64,000 bases of DNA from Macrostomum lignano (Eukaryota): assembly GCA_002269645.1 (NCBI GenBank), contig NIVC01001660.1, positions 190,134 to 254,133 of the forward strand. Direction: 5' to 3'. Below the pieces are notes generated by a model that worked only from the letters and a program-made list of their open reading frames with translations, had not been told where the DNA came from and ran no database searches. This document shows, one piece after another, positions 23,511 to 36,600 of this stretch. The position numbers were made by a program, and so were the translations under genes. The first letter of the stretch is position 1, and every line of letters starts with the position of its first letter.

Positions 23511-26500
23511 TCAAAAAAGACTCCGAAGACTTTCGATGGCAGCAGACTTTGAAACCGATCGCCATTCTTGCGGAATTCGATCCATCCTGATTCCTTTGGT
23601 TCGTTCCAGCTCCTCCTTGAAGCGCCACACGAACCATTTCCAAAACACTGCGTCCGTATTTCTCTCGTCTGGAAGGATATCCCAGTCTGGGAAGTACCTT
23701 CGGTAAGCAGAATAGCGGTGTTGGTCATTTGGGTCGAAATTGCGCTGGACGCAGTTCTCCGACGGTTTGGTGCTATATTGGCACGCTGAGCAGGAAAATG
23801 TGATTCCTCGAGGTCCAGTGTCAAGATGCAGCAAGGATCCGCAAGTATGAGCCATAAACTCCCCTGTTGCCACCCAGTGCCAGCCGGAGACTCCCTGTGG
23901 CCTGTGCTGCACGCAGTGATGCGGACTGCCATCAATGTCAAAATGGTGCAACAAAGACTTGCAGCACGGCTCTCTGCAGAATGGGCATTGCGCCTTGCAG
24001 CCCCAAATTTTGCTGAGCACAGATGAGCACAAATCTGTTTCACCGCAAACAACTTCTTTAACATTCCGGACATTTGAATAGTGTTGCATCAGACTACTTT
24101 TCAGATTGCTCATTTCAGAGACTACAGTGCGAACAACTTCCTCCAAATTTGCTGATTTGTAACTTTTCAGCTGAACCAGATCATTTGAACCGAACTGAAT
24201 ATCAGATGGCATGAGGGAAGGAAGCTTCTCTATCCACTCTTGAAAACTTTTCGATTGAGCTGCAGAATCTTGTATAGATCTTTTTGCACTTTCCAGCTGC
24301 GGGTCAATCAGTGACTCAGCTATTGCGATAAATTCACAGTCAGCCTGCCCACTATGTCCTAGAAATTTATGATTAATGTAGTGATCAAGCCAGCGGATAG
24401 CACTTTCATATGGTTCATCGATATACTTAGCCAATGAGCTGAAGTCCTCTCTATTCGCCATGTCTTTCAGCATGCACACAATCAGGTGATATTTTGTCCT
24501 CCCCAAATCATTCAAGATCCTGCTTCGTAGGTCAGCTCCGACTCTCAAATCAACCAACCGAATCACCAAAGCGCGCAGATGGCCCATGAAATACTCAGCC
24601 ACGATTTCACTGTTGCATTTTCCTTGGACTGTGCTTTCAAAGAGTCTCCACATTCGTTCTTTTGACTCTGCGAGTTTTGCTTTATCACCGCTTTTATTCG
24701 TATCAACAAACATTCTGTCCATTGCGACAAGGTGTGGAAAGGCGAATCTGAATGCAATGACTGTCAGTCTTATTTCCAACTCGTTAGTGAGTCCAATCCC
24801 CTGCTCCCTAAATTTCTCTAAGGCTAGTTTTTGCAAACCATCACGAATCATTTGATGAATATCTGGGATGTCCGAGACGTTGTTTGGAATATTTTTAAGA
24901 ACTGCTTTTGCTAATTTTTTGCTTTCAACAAGTACTGTGATGGACCTGTTCTTTTTTGCATCTGCTGCGTTTGATAACGGTTGGGTTCCGTATCTCGAGT
25001 CGCCTTCTATCGATGCGTAAAGGGTAGATCGATTTGGCACAAGACTATGTTCCACTACATTTTCGATTGACTCATCAGGCTTTGATGAAATTGACGATTC
25101 CCGAAGAACATCGTCGAGGGTGCGACCCTCGCTTGAGTAAAATTGCTTTAGGTGGTCTACCATCATCCTTTCTATTACAGGTCGTTTGTTTTTCGGTTCA
25201 GATGCAAACTGACTTTCTAAATGCTTCCAAAATTTTTCAAATTCCTCGCGGATTTTTTTAGCCGAAGCGTTCTTTTCTCTTTTAGCGAATTCCTTCCCTC
25301 TTGTCACAACCATCTGTTCCCATTTCTGCTGCTGAAAACCCTGCTCTAATCGCTCTCTCTGCTCGATGCACATCGCTTCCATTTTTCTGTGTGTCTCAAG
25401 TTCAAGGTTGCGCAAGCTGTGTTTTAGATTCTCCAACGTTTTTTCTTGAAAATGCAGCACGTACTCTCGGTAAGGGCTTTCATTGAAAAACCTTTTTAAA
25501 TTGTCCGACGTCTCCTTGCACTTTTTCTTGAGAAAATTCTTCAGATTCCCTTTGGATCTTTCTAAAGTCTCAGTGATTAACTTGCAAGTTGAACTCGCTC
25601 GAATGTCATTGGCTACTGTACTCTGCAGCCATTCCTCTACGCGGTCTTCAACACCTCCCATCGTTTCTAGGAATCTTTTTTCAAGTCTGATATATGCTTT
25701 CCGCTCGATGCTATTTCTAAAACTGAACACAAAGTCCTCAGACAGTATTGCCTTCCACAGATCATTTACTCGATTAGAAAAGTCGCTGAATCCCAGATAG
25801 CTTTTCTGTTCCTCATCAAAAATGTGCAAAAGATGCTGCTTAATGTCCTGAACACCCATCGAGTAGCCCGGATTCACTGGAGCCATGGGAGGGTCGCCTT
25901 GTAGCAGATCTGACATGAAGAATATATCGGTGTCTCTATTGAACTGCAGAATGTCTCCAAAACGCTTTACGTCATGGAGACCTTCTTCTTCTGCAGCTTC
26001 CTTCGTCATGTCGTCAAGGGTTTGCTGCATCTTGAATGTCGCTTCCTGCATCATCTCTTTTGCTCCAGCCGCTGCTACATTTTGGTGAACAAAAATGCAA
26101 CGCCGTTTTATATTGATCATTCTGTTCGCTATCTTCATCCTGATGAAGGCGTGAATCGCAATCTGTAGGATATCCTTCATCTCAGCAGCGTTTTCTCCTT
26201 TGATGTTGATGATAGTCACGTCTCCAAGTCCGATGACCAGTGTAGCCAGCTCGTTGTCATGGTGATGCTTGTCCAGACCCAGCTCGGGAGCTCTCAGACC
26301 CTCGGTGTCGAGCACAGCGACATAGTCGAACGGCATTCCCGACTCCACCGGAACCAGCTGCAGAAATGCGCCTCGAGTGCAGCGACCTGCGCTTACTGCG
26401 AACTTCAGTCCGAACATGGTGTTGAGCAGAGTGGACTTGCCTGAGCTCTGCAGACCGAGCACGGAGATCACGTAGATCTTCTTGTCGCCGACCAGCTCCT

Positions 26501-29080
26501 GGCAGCTCTTGAGGATAGCAGAGATCCAGGCAGACGGGATGTTTCCAGCGTCGCCGTCGAGAATCTCAAGAGGAACTCCTAGCATCAGAAGATTTGCAAA
26601 GCACTTTGGTAAGCTGCTTACCAAAGGCCTTTTATCGGTTAAAATGTCGATTTCGGCTTCTTCAAAGGCTTTAAAAAGTTGTCCTTCTTCTCGGAAAAGA
26701 TGTTCCAGTCCTACAGAGCTACTTCGCAATTTCTGTTCGAGCTTTTCAAGCTCCTGTTCAGTCATGTGTCTCTCTTTGTGCGCTTGCTTTGTGCAAAGTT
26801 TGTCTACCAGCTGTCTTTTGCGTTCTAACAAAGCAGGAAAGATTTTCCTTGACTTCTCATCAAGCTTCAGCTTTATGCATTGTACGTACAGCTTTGCTAC
26901 TAAACCATTGTCTTTGCAATCACTGGCTGCTTTCAATTTTTTTGCAAATGATAGCGCAAGTGTCTTTGATTCTTTCAGAATTTCGATCTGCTTATTTCGA
27001 ATACCGGCCCTTTTTGACGAGCTAATCTCAATTTCTTCTGGAGACTTGATATTGTACTCCTTTCGTAGTAGTTGACTGTATTCTAGCCACAGAGCCGTCA
27101 GGGGCAAACATTCTTGTGCCAAGTTTGTCTGGTCTGCCTCGTCAATTTTACTCAGCAGCGCGACGGCACTTTCCATAGTTCCACCTAGGAAACTATCGAA
27201 ATCGGTCTGCTGGAGTTGCTGCGCGAACGGAATTTCTGTATTTAAATCTTCATTGACCAGCTTTTGAGCCAGCTCGCGACTTAGGTCACTGAGAAGCTCC
27301 CGTTCCGCTTTTGGTCTCCTTCCACTAAAAGCTGTTACTGTTGGCAACGATGCAACAATTTCTTTTTCCTCTTCGGTGTATTCTTGAGACTTGCTTTTAG
27401 TAGATCTGACCATTTCTTTGAATACAACGAGAATGATCTCAGCTTTTTCTCTCAGATTCCGAAGACTTTGCAAGCACTCTTGCCCTCTAAGTATTTCCAA
27501 CCCGACAAAAACTACAATGACCTGGGAGACTTCGGCCAATAGGCGAGCTTGCTCATCGAACTCTAAAACGTTTCCTCGAAGATTCGCTGTCAAGAATGGC
27601 CGGACCATGGCGGCAGAAGCGCTTGTCTTCGACGGCAGAAACACTGTGGCCTCAACCAGACCGTTGCTGCAAAGCCTTCGAGCTTGTCCGCCGGAGCAGT
27701 CTCTGTGAAAGAATGTCTCATGACTGCTGCCGTTGATAAGAGAGTTCAGCAGCTTGGACTTGGACACAGGCAGCTCTCCGATCCTCACAAAGGACACCAC
27801 TGGAAGCGGGTAATCTGAAACTAGACTGGTCTCGACGTACTGACCGTTCGGATCTCGAAATTGGAGAATGATGTCTCTCAGGCTCCAGTTGCTCATCACT
27901 AATGAGTGCTTCTCATCTCGGTAGATAAGTGGAAAAGCCAACTTGCAGGCAAACAGAATTTTGCAAAGCATTTGCTGCACCTCCTGGTCGCAGCAGAGGT
28001 AGCAGCAGAGAAGAGCATCGATTGGGTTGATTCCTTCCTCCGAATTATCCTCTTCTTCCTCTTGCAAACTAATTTTTGATTGCAAAAGGATGCTGGAATC
28101 CGGCCTAACAGCTCGCCCGTTATAATTAAAAAGCTGTCTTAGTAGATACCAGGACGTTTGAGTTGGCTCCAGGCTCTCTGGTGCCTCATTGTTAGATGCT
28201 ACGACTTTAATTATTTGCGTGAAAGGTATGGACATTGGAAACCAGTCACTCATTCCTATTTTAGCCACCATCTCTCTCAAATTAGGAAAATCTTTAAGCG
28301 CACCCTTCAAATCCGATTTTTCCGTGTAAGTTTCTTGAGCTTGTCTCTCTTGCTCTGCTTCACTTTCGTGCGAGTCGACTTCAAGAGATTTATGAGTTGT
28401 TTCTTCATCTTCAGCCTCGCTTTCCGATTCCGAACTCTCAGAGAGCGTTTCATCATCATTGCTTGTTTCAGTTGTTAATCTAGATTTTGGCGAGTTCGAA
28501 GACTCGGCGAATTTCTTGTTTAAGTGTCCAGCTTGGTTTTCTTGGTTGTCGAGTTCATTGCACTGCACGGGAGCTCCCTTTTCGTCATCACTCTCTTGAT
28601 CCGAACAGTTGTTAGGAACTCTCACGCAGGCTTCGGGTTGAATCTGGACGTCTTCTAACTGCAGAGTCAACAGGTACTCCAAGAGAGCATTAATATCCAC
28701 TGAGCAGCATTTTTCCGGTTCATGGGCATGAGTCTTCTTTTCTAAGTTGGGTGCTAACTTTTGTTCAAGTTCTTTTCTAGCGCTTTCGTACTTTGACTGA
28801 TATTTTTTAACTTGCGCTATAGCATCTCTATTTTCTGCAAAAACAGATTTTATTTCATCCAGTTGTCTTAAAACACGGTCTGCCATTTCTTTCTCTTCTT
28901 GGCTGTCTTGTTGCTGAGCAAAACTCTCGTGGTCATTTTGAAAGCTCAGATGAAAAATGCTTGGCACGTTTTTCACGGACACGTACTTTTGAAGTTTGTC
29001 ATTCCACTTTTCCGCATCTTCCTGAGTCAGAAACTGACGAAGAGCGTCTTCAATGGCCCTGCTCACCGATGGCGACTCAC
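23511..29080 (-). CDS. Second very large GTPase (VLIG/GVIN1-URGCP family), main exon of about 1856 codons
   Basis: Same G1/G2/G3 motifs and C-terminal Cys/His module as the paralogue. A polypyrimidine acceptor TTTTTCATTCCAG| at 29081 suggests that the ORF start at 29294 is intronic. Confidence 0.9.
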
Positions 29081-29559
29081 CTGGAATGAAAAATGACAAA
29101 GCCAGTGGGCCAGTTGCTACTAATTGGCTAGGTCGCGTGACCAGATTTGGATAAAAATCTGGTGCAAAAAGTATTGAACATTGGTTTAGATTTCTACGAC
29201 TATAAAATTTAAGCCGGTGCCAATAGGAAATTGTTTTTGCTCGTATCAATTTCACCACCGTTTGCACAATTTTATACATCTGAAGGCTATTCACTGATAA
29301 GTTAAATATTTTAAGTCTCCTATCATCTGATCAAATCAATTGATGAAATTAATTTGAAGCACTGAAGCTTCCGAACTGGCACACCTGCGCTTGTGCCAAT
29401 GTGAAAGTTTATTTAACTTGAATTAAATAACTTGAATTAATTTAACTTGTGCTGGTGTGTGCCAATAAAACTGCTCCCTCGTGTTGCTTGTGTTTCTGGT
29501 TCTACATGTATGTGTCTATTTCTAAAGGAGTGTATCTATCGTTCTCTAAAGAGAATTTT

Positions 29560-30442
29560 CTTTAGAAAAAAGGCTTACAACATCTCACTTTGTAAGGCAT
29601 ACGTGAAAAATGCACTAAAACCATTTACGAAGGGTGAGAGTTCAAGGTCCAACGAACTATTGCCTCTGATTCACAGCGATCTGTGCTACTATCCAGGAGC
29701 AAAATACTTTATCACATTCATTGATGATAGCTCGCACTACTGTTCGATTTACTGTCTGAAAAACAATTCGGAAATTTTGGACTGATTTAAGAATTTTCAA
29801 GCCCTAGTCAGAAACCAAGCAGGCAGATCTATCAAGGCTATTTAAACTTTTAATGGTTGAGAGCATATATCAGACAATTTTAAAGCTTTTAGTGCCCGGA
29901 ACGGAATCATTCACCAAACGACTTTGCCATATTTTCCAGAACACAAGAACTCAGTGGAGGCAGCTGGGTCAATGATTGTGCATGCCGGCCTTGGCAAGGA
30001 ATTTTGAGCAGAGGCTATCTTTCTGGGCAGAGCTAGTTTACCTTTGCAGCCATTCAATGAACAGTACAGTCAGCAGCGACACCATTTCAGATATGGGGCT
30101 GGCAAAAAGCCAAACGTGCAACATTTGAGAGTATTCGGATATGTTTCCATGCACTGCGCACACATGCCAGCAGAAAAACGTCACAAATTCAATTCAAAAT
30201 TTATAAGATTTATTGGATACTCGGAAACTAGCAAAGGCTATTGCTGTTTAGACTACAAAACGCGCTCAGTATTTATTAGTCGAAATGTAACTTTTCAAGA
30301 GTCGTGCTTTAAGGAGCAAGAATTGGATCGCCAGGACACACTTCAGTTACAGACGGACGCAGAACCAATGGTGAACGAATCGGAATGTGGTTCGAATATC
30401 AGTGACAACCAGGAAGTCCGGAGGTCAACTCAAGAGAATTAA
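29560..30442 (+). mobile_element. Ty1/Copia LTR retrotransposon remnant (integrase and SH3-like C-terminal region), inactivated
   Basis: LIHSDLC, YFITFIDDSSHY, GIIHQTT.PY.PE and HLRVFG...FIGYSETSKGY...VFISRNVTFQE. In-frame stops are present; no RT seen. Confidence 0.9.
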
Positions 30443-30490
30443 CCTGCCAACAAATACGTAGCATCAATTGCAACATATTTTGAAGAGTAT

Positions 30491-30838
30491 GAGTGAAACG
30501 TGGAGTGAAACGTGGAGTGAAACGTGGAGTGAAACGTGGAGTGAAACGTGGAGTGAAACGTGGAGTGAAACGTGGAGTGAAACGTGGAGTGAAACGTGGA
30601 GTGAAACGTGGAGTGAAACGTGGAGTGAAACGTGGAGTGAAACGTGGAGTGAAACGTGGAGTGAAACGTGGAGTGAAACGTGGAGTGAAACGTGGAGTGA
30701 AACGTGGAGTGAAACGTGGAGTGAAACGTGGAGTGAAACGTGGAGTGAAACGTGGAGTGAAACGTGGAGTGAAACGTGGAGTGAAACGTGGAGTGAAACG
30801 TGGAGTGAAACGTGGAGTGAAACGTGGAGTGAAACGTG
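30491..30838. repeat. Perfect 12-bp minisatellite (GAGTGAAACGTG) x29
   Basis: 348 bp of identical units. Confidence 0.97.
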
Positions 30839-31439
30839 TACTCTGATACTTAAAAGGATAATGTGATAAGCTACATTCATATACTACGGTTTCTTAACTT
30901 CAAAATTTTCAACTTAATAATTCGTGACAATCACACTTGTAGACTTTATAACTATACACTGGAACATTTATTTATTTTGTTTCTCTAAAACCTGATGATA
31001 AATTTGTATGGAATGCTCCTTACTTTCGTACAATAATTGTTTGTGCTTGAATACCTGCGGTTAGTCTTATCGAGTAAGAGCAACTTAATCTGCAATATGC
31101 CTGTCAATTATTTTGTTTTTCGAATTGATCCAAATAAACTCTTGTGTTATAAAATAAAAATCGGCTTATCTTAATTGTTTCTAGCCTTGTTTTCAACCCT
31201 AAAATGTCTCTTTTCTCTAAGGACTACGCAATTAGAACAGAAAAATACAAGCATACATTTTGTAATTTAATTAATTTTATTGATTAATGTTAATTTTAGA
31301 TCCTAGGTACATACCCTGTGCCTAAAAATCATAAAATTGGCACAACTCGACTAATTGGTTTTATTCATCTACAAACTGTTAAAACCCGCGGATTTTGAAA
31401 CGGATTTTGGAGGTGACAATATGGCGCAAATTCATGAGG

Positions 31440-32215
31440 GATCAGTGGGTTCAACTTCAAATTCATTCATAAGGGAGAGAAGCAAATGGACGAGTACAGA
31501 AAGGGAATCAAGAAAGTGCGAAGACAACTGAGACAATCAAAAGAAGAATGGGTAGAGGAACAAACCAATGCTGTTGGAAAGCGACTTTGAGGGGAACAAC
31601 ACGAGAGAAGCCTATAAAATAGCTCGTAATAATAAGCTGACAGAATGACGCAAAAAATAAATGGATGATGGAGAAGAGCGGGAAGGAAATACCTGAACCT
31701 AAAGCCAAGAGGTGGTTTAAAGAAAGAAAGAATACTGTAGCTCTAACTGTAGGCTCGTATTATCACAAAACAAACGTAGACAAAAGCGTTCTGGGCGGAG
31801 AAATTGATAGAAATGGGAGGAATAAAACCTAGAATATCTAGTGACTGGTTCAGGGCAACGGTGGGAATGAGACAAGGATGTATCCTATCACCCACTCTCC
31901 TTAATATGTTCCTGGAAAGGATAATGGCAGAAACGGTAGAGAAACTGGATGAGGTGCGGAGGCATAAATATTAACAACTTGCGTTTTGCAGACGACATTG
32001 ATTTGATTGTCAAAGATGAGGAGCTGAATAAAACCGACTACGAAACTGGACAGAGCTTCAAGAAAGTTTGGCATGAAAGTTACCAAGAAAAGAGCGAGAC
32101 AATGGTGGCAGGGAATGGTGAAGACAAAGCAGGAAGGAATTGTGATTGATGGAGAATTTTAAATATCTGGGGGCAACCACCGTGCAGAATGGGGCCTCGG
32201 AGGAAGAGACCAGTC
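31440..32215 (+). mobile_element. RTE-clade non-LTR retrotransposon reverse-transcriptase remnant
   Basis: WFRATVGMRQGCILSPTLLNMFLERIM, GININNLRFADDIDLI and FKYLGA in broken frames. Confidence 0.85.
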
Positions 32216-33277
32216 GTCAGAAGTTGTCAAGAAACTTTGCGACTCGAACTTTTGCAGGATTGTGTCAAAATAGTTAAAGATTGATTGTTAAATGTTGGAA
32301 TCAAAAATTAAATTAGGATTGGTAAAATTGAAGCAACGCTATGGAGGATTTAGTGAAAAAATGCGCTTTTTTGCAGTTTTTTGCACTTTTAGTTAGAAAA
32401 AATTCGAATTTAGGAATTTCAAGATACTCAAGACATTCTCGGTAGTGATTTTTAGGGTGGGTGCAAAATTGGGTGTCATTTGGTTGAGCGGTTGACTTGT
32501 ACTCTGTCTGAGTACAAGTCAACCAATTTGTACTCAGACAGACACATAGAGTTTGATAACATCTTTGATAACATATTTACATGTATTCTCAGCTGACTGT
32601 GTAACAAAATACACGATAAAAATGTGCAACTATAATGCGATGTGAATAATGAATTCCGTTTTACATTTCCGGAGTCGTTAAAGAAAAGCTCCAGAGTCAC
32701 TTGCATCGCCCATGTAGAATCGCTTCGGAGTCGCAGAAAATAAAATTGGGTTTAGGGTGACTCTTTGTCGACTTTTGGAGTCGTTTTAAAGTCGTCTACG
32801 AGCTTAAGTTACGCCTTTTCTACGAGTGTTTACCTGTGTTACCTGCAAAAACTCTGAAACAACTCTGGGGCGACGCAAGTAGCTCTGAGACGCTTCTTGG
32901 CCTAGCTACCTAAGTACCTTCAAAGAAATTGTGTATCTTTTATTTCTCTAGCTAGCCCTTCTCCTGCCTACGAGCTAAGTATGCAAAATTTTCACAGCGC
33001 TCCTTTAAATTCTCCTACAACGGAAATATTTCTAAATCGAGGTAGATAGCTCGTTGGTCCAATAATTCCTACAAAGGAAATCCTGGGCTGCATATGCATT
33101 TACGAAAACATTAAGCAATACTCGTAACCCGTCATTTCTTTAGACCGCGCCTTTCCCTACAATATCGCCATAAAGCAACATGAATTAGCTGCATGGCATC
33201 GAAACGTGAATTTAAAAGATATATTACATAAATCTTATTTGGAAATACACCCCTACATAATCGCCAAGCAAGCTCAC

Positions 33278-33299
33278 CTTCGCCACGCCCCTCGGCCAT
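33278..33299 (-). CDS. Candidate first coding exon of VLIG-2 (MAEGRGE-G)
   Basis: AAAATGG start context, a strong donor AAG|GTGAGC, and phase 1 matching the acceptor at 29081. The joined CDS is 5592 nt (1863 aa). Alternative upstream exons exist. Confidence 0.5.
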
Positions 33300-33424
33300 T
33301 TTGCTGCTCTCTCAGCCAGTAATAAAACGAAATCCGCCTTCTGCGCCTTCAATGCCTGTACAAAAATAAAACGATTTCGTGTGTACTCAGATGATACTTC
33401 ATACAAAAGTGATTAACTATTTCA

Positions 33425-33505
33425 TTAATCAATCCATCAATCAGTCAATCAATCAATCAATCAATCATACATCGACCAATCAATTAGTCCCTCAATCAAT
33501 TAATT

Positions 33506-33539
<34 letters not shown>

Positions 33540-35694
33540 GCATCGACCAATTAATTAGTCCCTCAATAAATCAATCAATTAATCAATTAATCAATCAATC
33601 AATCAATTCATCAATCAATCCATAAATAAATCAATCAATCCCACAATCAATCAATCCATAAATTAATCAATCAACCAACCAATCAATCAATCAATATATC
33701 AATATATCAATTAACTATACATCCACCAATCAATAATAAGTCACTAAATCAATTAATCAAGCAACAATCAATCAGTATATCAATTGTAGAGAGTTATTAA
33801 AAAATTCTGCACTACTTAAAGTAATACTCTATGAAAGCCTGTTTTAAACTGCAACCTAGAATCACGCGCAAATAGAGTGACTTAGAACCCTACGTAGGAC
33901 CTAAGTCTGTTTGGTCAAAGAAACGGATTCCAACAGCTGTATTTGCTCAATCCCATATATGGCAGTGCTCAAACATGCATAATCGCTTAATAAAACATGA
34001 ATGACTTAAGTAAACATCCGATCTTAAACCAGTTTTTCTCCAAATTTTGTTATAAATATAAGTAAAATTCCGAATAAAAAATTCAGACTCAGAGCGGTCT
34101 CTAAGAAGACTCTGAAGGAACAATAAAGAAGACTAATCTCCTAGGGACCACACTTGTCCAATTGGTAAGCGTTTACCGGATTCAGTTTTTTTATTGTTGG
34201 CGTTAATTAGTTGATTAATTGAATTTACGAGAGCCATTTATTGTCGATACATTCGAGAATACATTCGCCTCCTTGCTTCGTAGGAAGGAGGAAGGAATCC
34301 CCTAGGATAAGGATATAATATAATAGGATGTAATTATTTTATTCCTAGGGGGATTATTGATTTGATTTGAGTTATCTGTTACGTTTCGCAATTCTTAATT
34401 AACGTAATTAACGTAACGTGACGTAACGTCAAGAAATTCTGATTCGCTCTCTCGTTTTGGTCGACCCACAGATAAAGTCAACGACCTATTCACTTGTTCC
34501 CCAGTGTCTATCGATCTATCTATTCTATCTATCTATCCATCAGTCAATCAATCAGCTAATCAATATATCAATCGATCGATTCATCAATCAATAAATCAAT
34601 CTTTCTATCTACCTATCCATATATCTATCTATCTATCTATCTATCAATTTATTAATCAACAATCAATAAATCAGTATATCAATCGGTCAATCTATCTATC
34701 TTTCAATCGATCTGTTAATCAATAAATCAATCAATAAATTAAGCTATGTACGAGCGTATTTATACATCAATCAATCAATTAATCAGTCAGTTAATCAATC
34801 AATTAATTAATCACTTATTCTATTACAAACATGCGCAAACTGGGGAATCACCCAGCCGTTTCTATTAGCAACACACACATGTGAGTCCCTATTGGCTGAG
34901 ATCAGTCACGTGATTACTATTCTGTCCAATAGCGACTTACATGTGTGCGTTGCCAATAGAAACGGCCGAGTGAATCCCTAGGTTGCGCCCAAGCATGATC
35001 TACTAGTCAACAAATCAATCGATTCATCAATCTATCTATCTATCCATCTACGAATCTATTTATGTATCTATCTGTCTATCTGTCTATCTATTTTTCTTTC
35101 AATGAGTCAATCAACCAATCAATCAGTATATAAATCATTCAATTCATCAATAAATCAATTAATTTACCTATCAACCAATCTGTCAATTAAAAATCAATCA
35201 ACAAAGTAATATATGTATATATACATCAATCAATCAATCATTCAATCAATCAATCAATTTTTTGTCTATTTATCTATCTATCTATCTTTCAATCAGTCAA
35301 TATATTATATTATCAGTCAATCAATCAATCAGCATATCAGTATATCAATCAATTCATCACCCAAACAATCAATCAACCATTATTTTCAGCTATCTATCTT
35401 TCAAAAAATCAATTAATCAATCTGTCAATTTAGCATTTAAACAATAAATTAATCTATCGATCGATATTCAGCAATCAAACAATCAATCAATTAATTACTT
35501 TATCAATCAATCAATACACCAATCAATCAATCAATCAATCTTTCTATCAATCAATCAGTTACTCTTTATGTCCATCAATAAATCAATAAATCAATAAATC
35601 AATTAACCAGTATATCAATCAATTAATCAATCACTATATCAATCAGTCAGTATATTAATCAATTAATAAATAAATCAATTTATCTATCTTTCTT

Positions 35695-35732
<38 letters not shown>

Positions 35733-36414
35733 CATCAGTCAATCAGTATATCAATCAATCTTTCAATCTTTCTATCTATCTGTATATCCATCTATCTATC
35801 TATCAATATAACAATCAATCTTTTCAGTCAATATAATAATTGATTTCAGTCAATACAATAATCAATTAATATTGATTGTTATCAATATAACAGTCAATCT
35901 TTTCAGTCAATACAATAATTAATCAATCAGTATATCAATCCGTTAATCTATCTATCTTTTAATCAATCTGTTAATCAATAAATCAATCAATAAATAACCT
36001 ATGTATATATGCATCAATCAATCAATCAATCATTCAATACAATCTATCAATCAATGAATTAATCAGTCAGTTAATAAATCAACTATCAATAATTAATCAA
36101 TATCAATCAATATCAATCCAAATTCAATCAAATCAATCAAATAATCAATAAATCTTTCTATCTATCAATCAATTTATCAGTCTGTCAATCTTTATATCTA
36201 TTTTTTCTTTTAATCAGTCAAATATTTAATCAATCAATCAATTCATCTATCAAATTATCTGTGAATCAAAAATCAATCAATAAAGCAATCTATGTATATT
36301 TACACCAATGAATGAATCAATCAATCAGTCGATCAATCAATCAATGAGTCAATCGATCAATCAATTAATCTACCAATCAATCAATTAATCAGTCAATGAG
36401 TCAATAAATAAATT

Positions 36415-36452
<38 letters not shown>

Positions 36453-36470
36453 GCAATCTATCTATCTATT
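33425..36470. repeat. Degenerate (ATCA)n/(ATCT)n microsatellite blocks (33425-33785, 34505-34815, 35005-36470)
   Basis: Low-complexity tetranucleotide runs visible directly. Confidence 0.92.
34833..34988. mobile_element. Foldback/hairpin MITE-like element, about 156 bp
   Basis: The left arm GCGCAAACTGGGGAATCACCCAGCCGTTTCTATTAGCAACACACACATGTGAGTCCCTATTGG pairs with the reverse complement of the right arm over about 63 bp, with scattered mismatches. Confidence 0.7.
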
Positions 36471-36487
36471 TGGAAAGTCAACCCGGC

Positions 36488-36600
36488 GATGCATCCGATA
36501 TCTGAGCGGTTGTGCAGAGTGCCGCCGCTCTAAGCGATTCGATGCAAAAGGAGATCGATTAACTGCTGCAACAAGGCATTATCGAGGAATTCAAGGCCTC
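36488..36600 (+). mobile_element. Short Ty3/Gypsy-like pol fragment (RT N-terminal region)
   Basis: PISERLCRVPP...MQKEID*LLQQGIIEE resembles the P..YR.P....E+..LL..GII motif preceding Gypsy RT. Confidence 0.5.

Noticed and set aside
15418-29096. Numerous short ORFs overlapping the VLIG genes
   Set aside because: Shadow frames of long coding exons.
30464-30880. ETWS, HVSL and GVKR repeat ORFs
   Set aside because: Translations of the 12-bp array.
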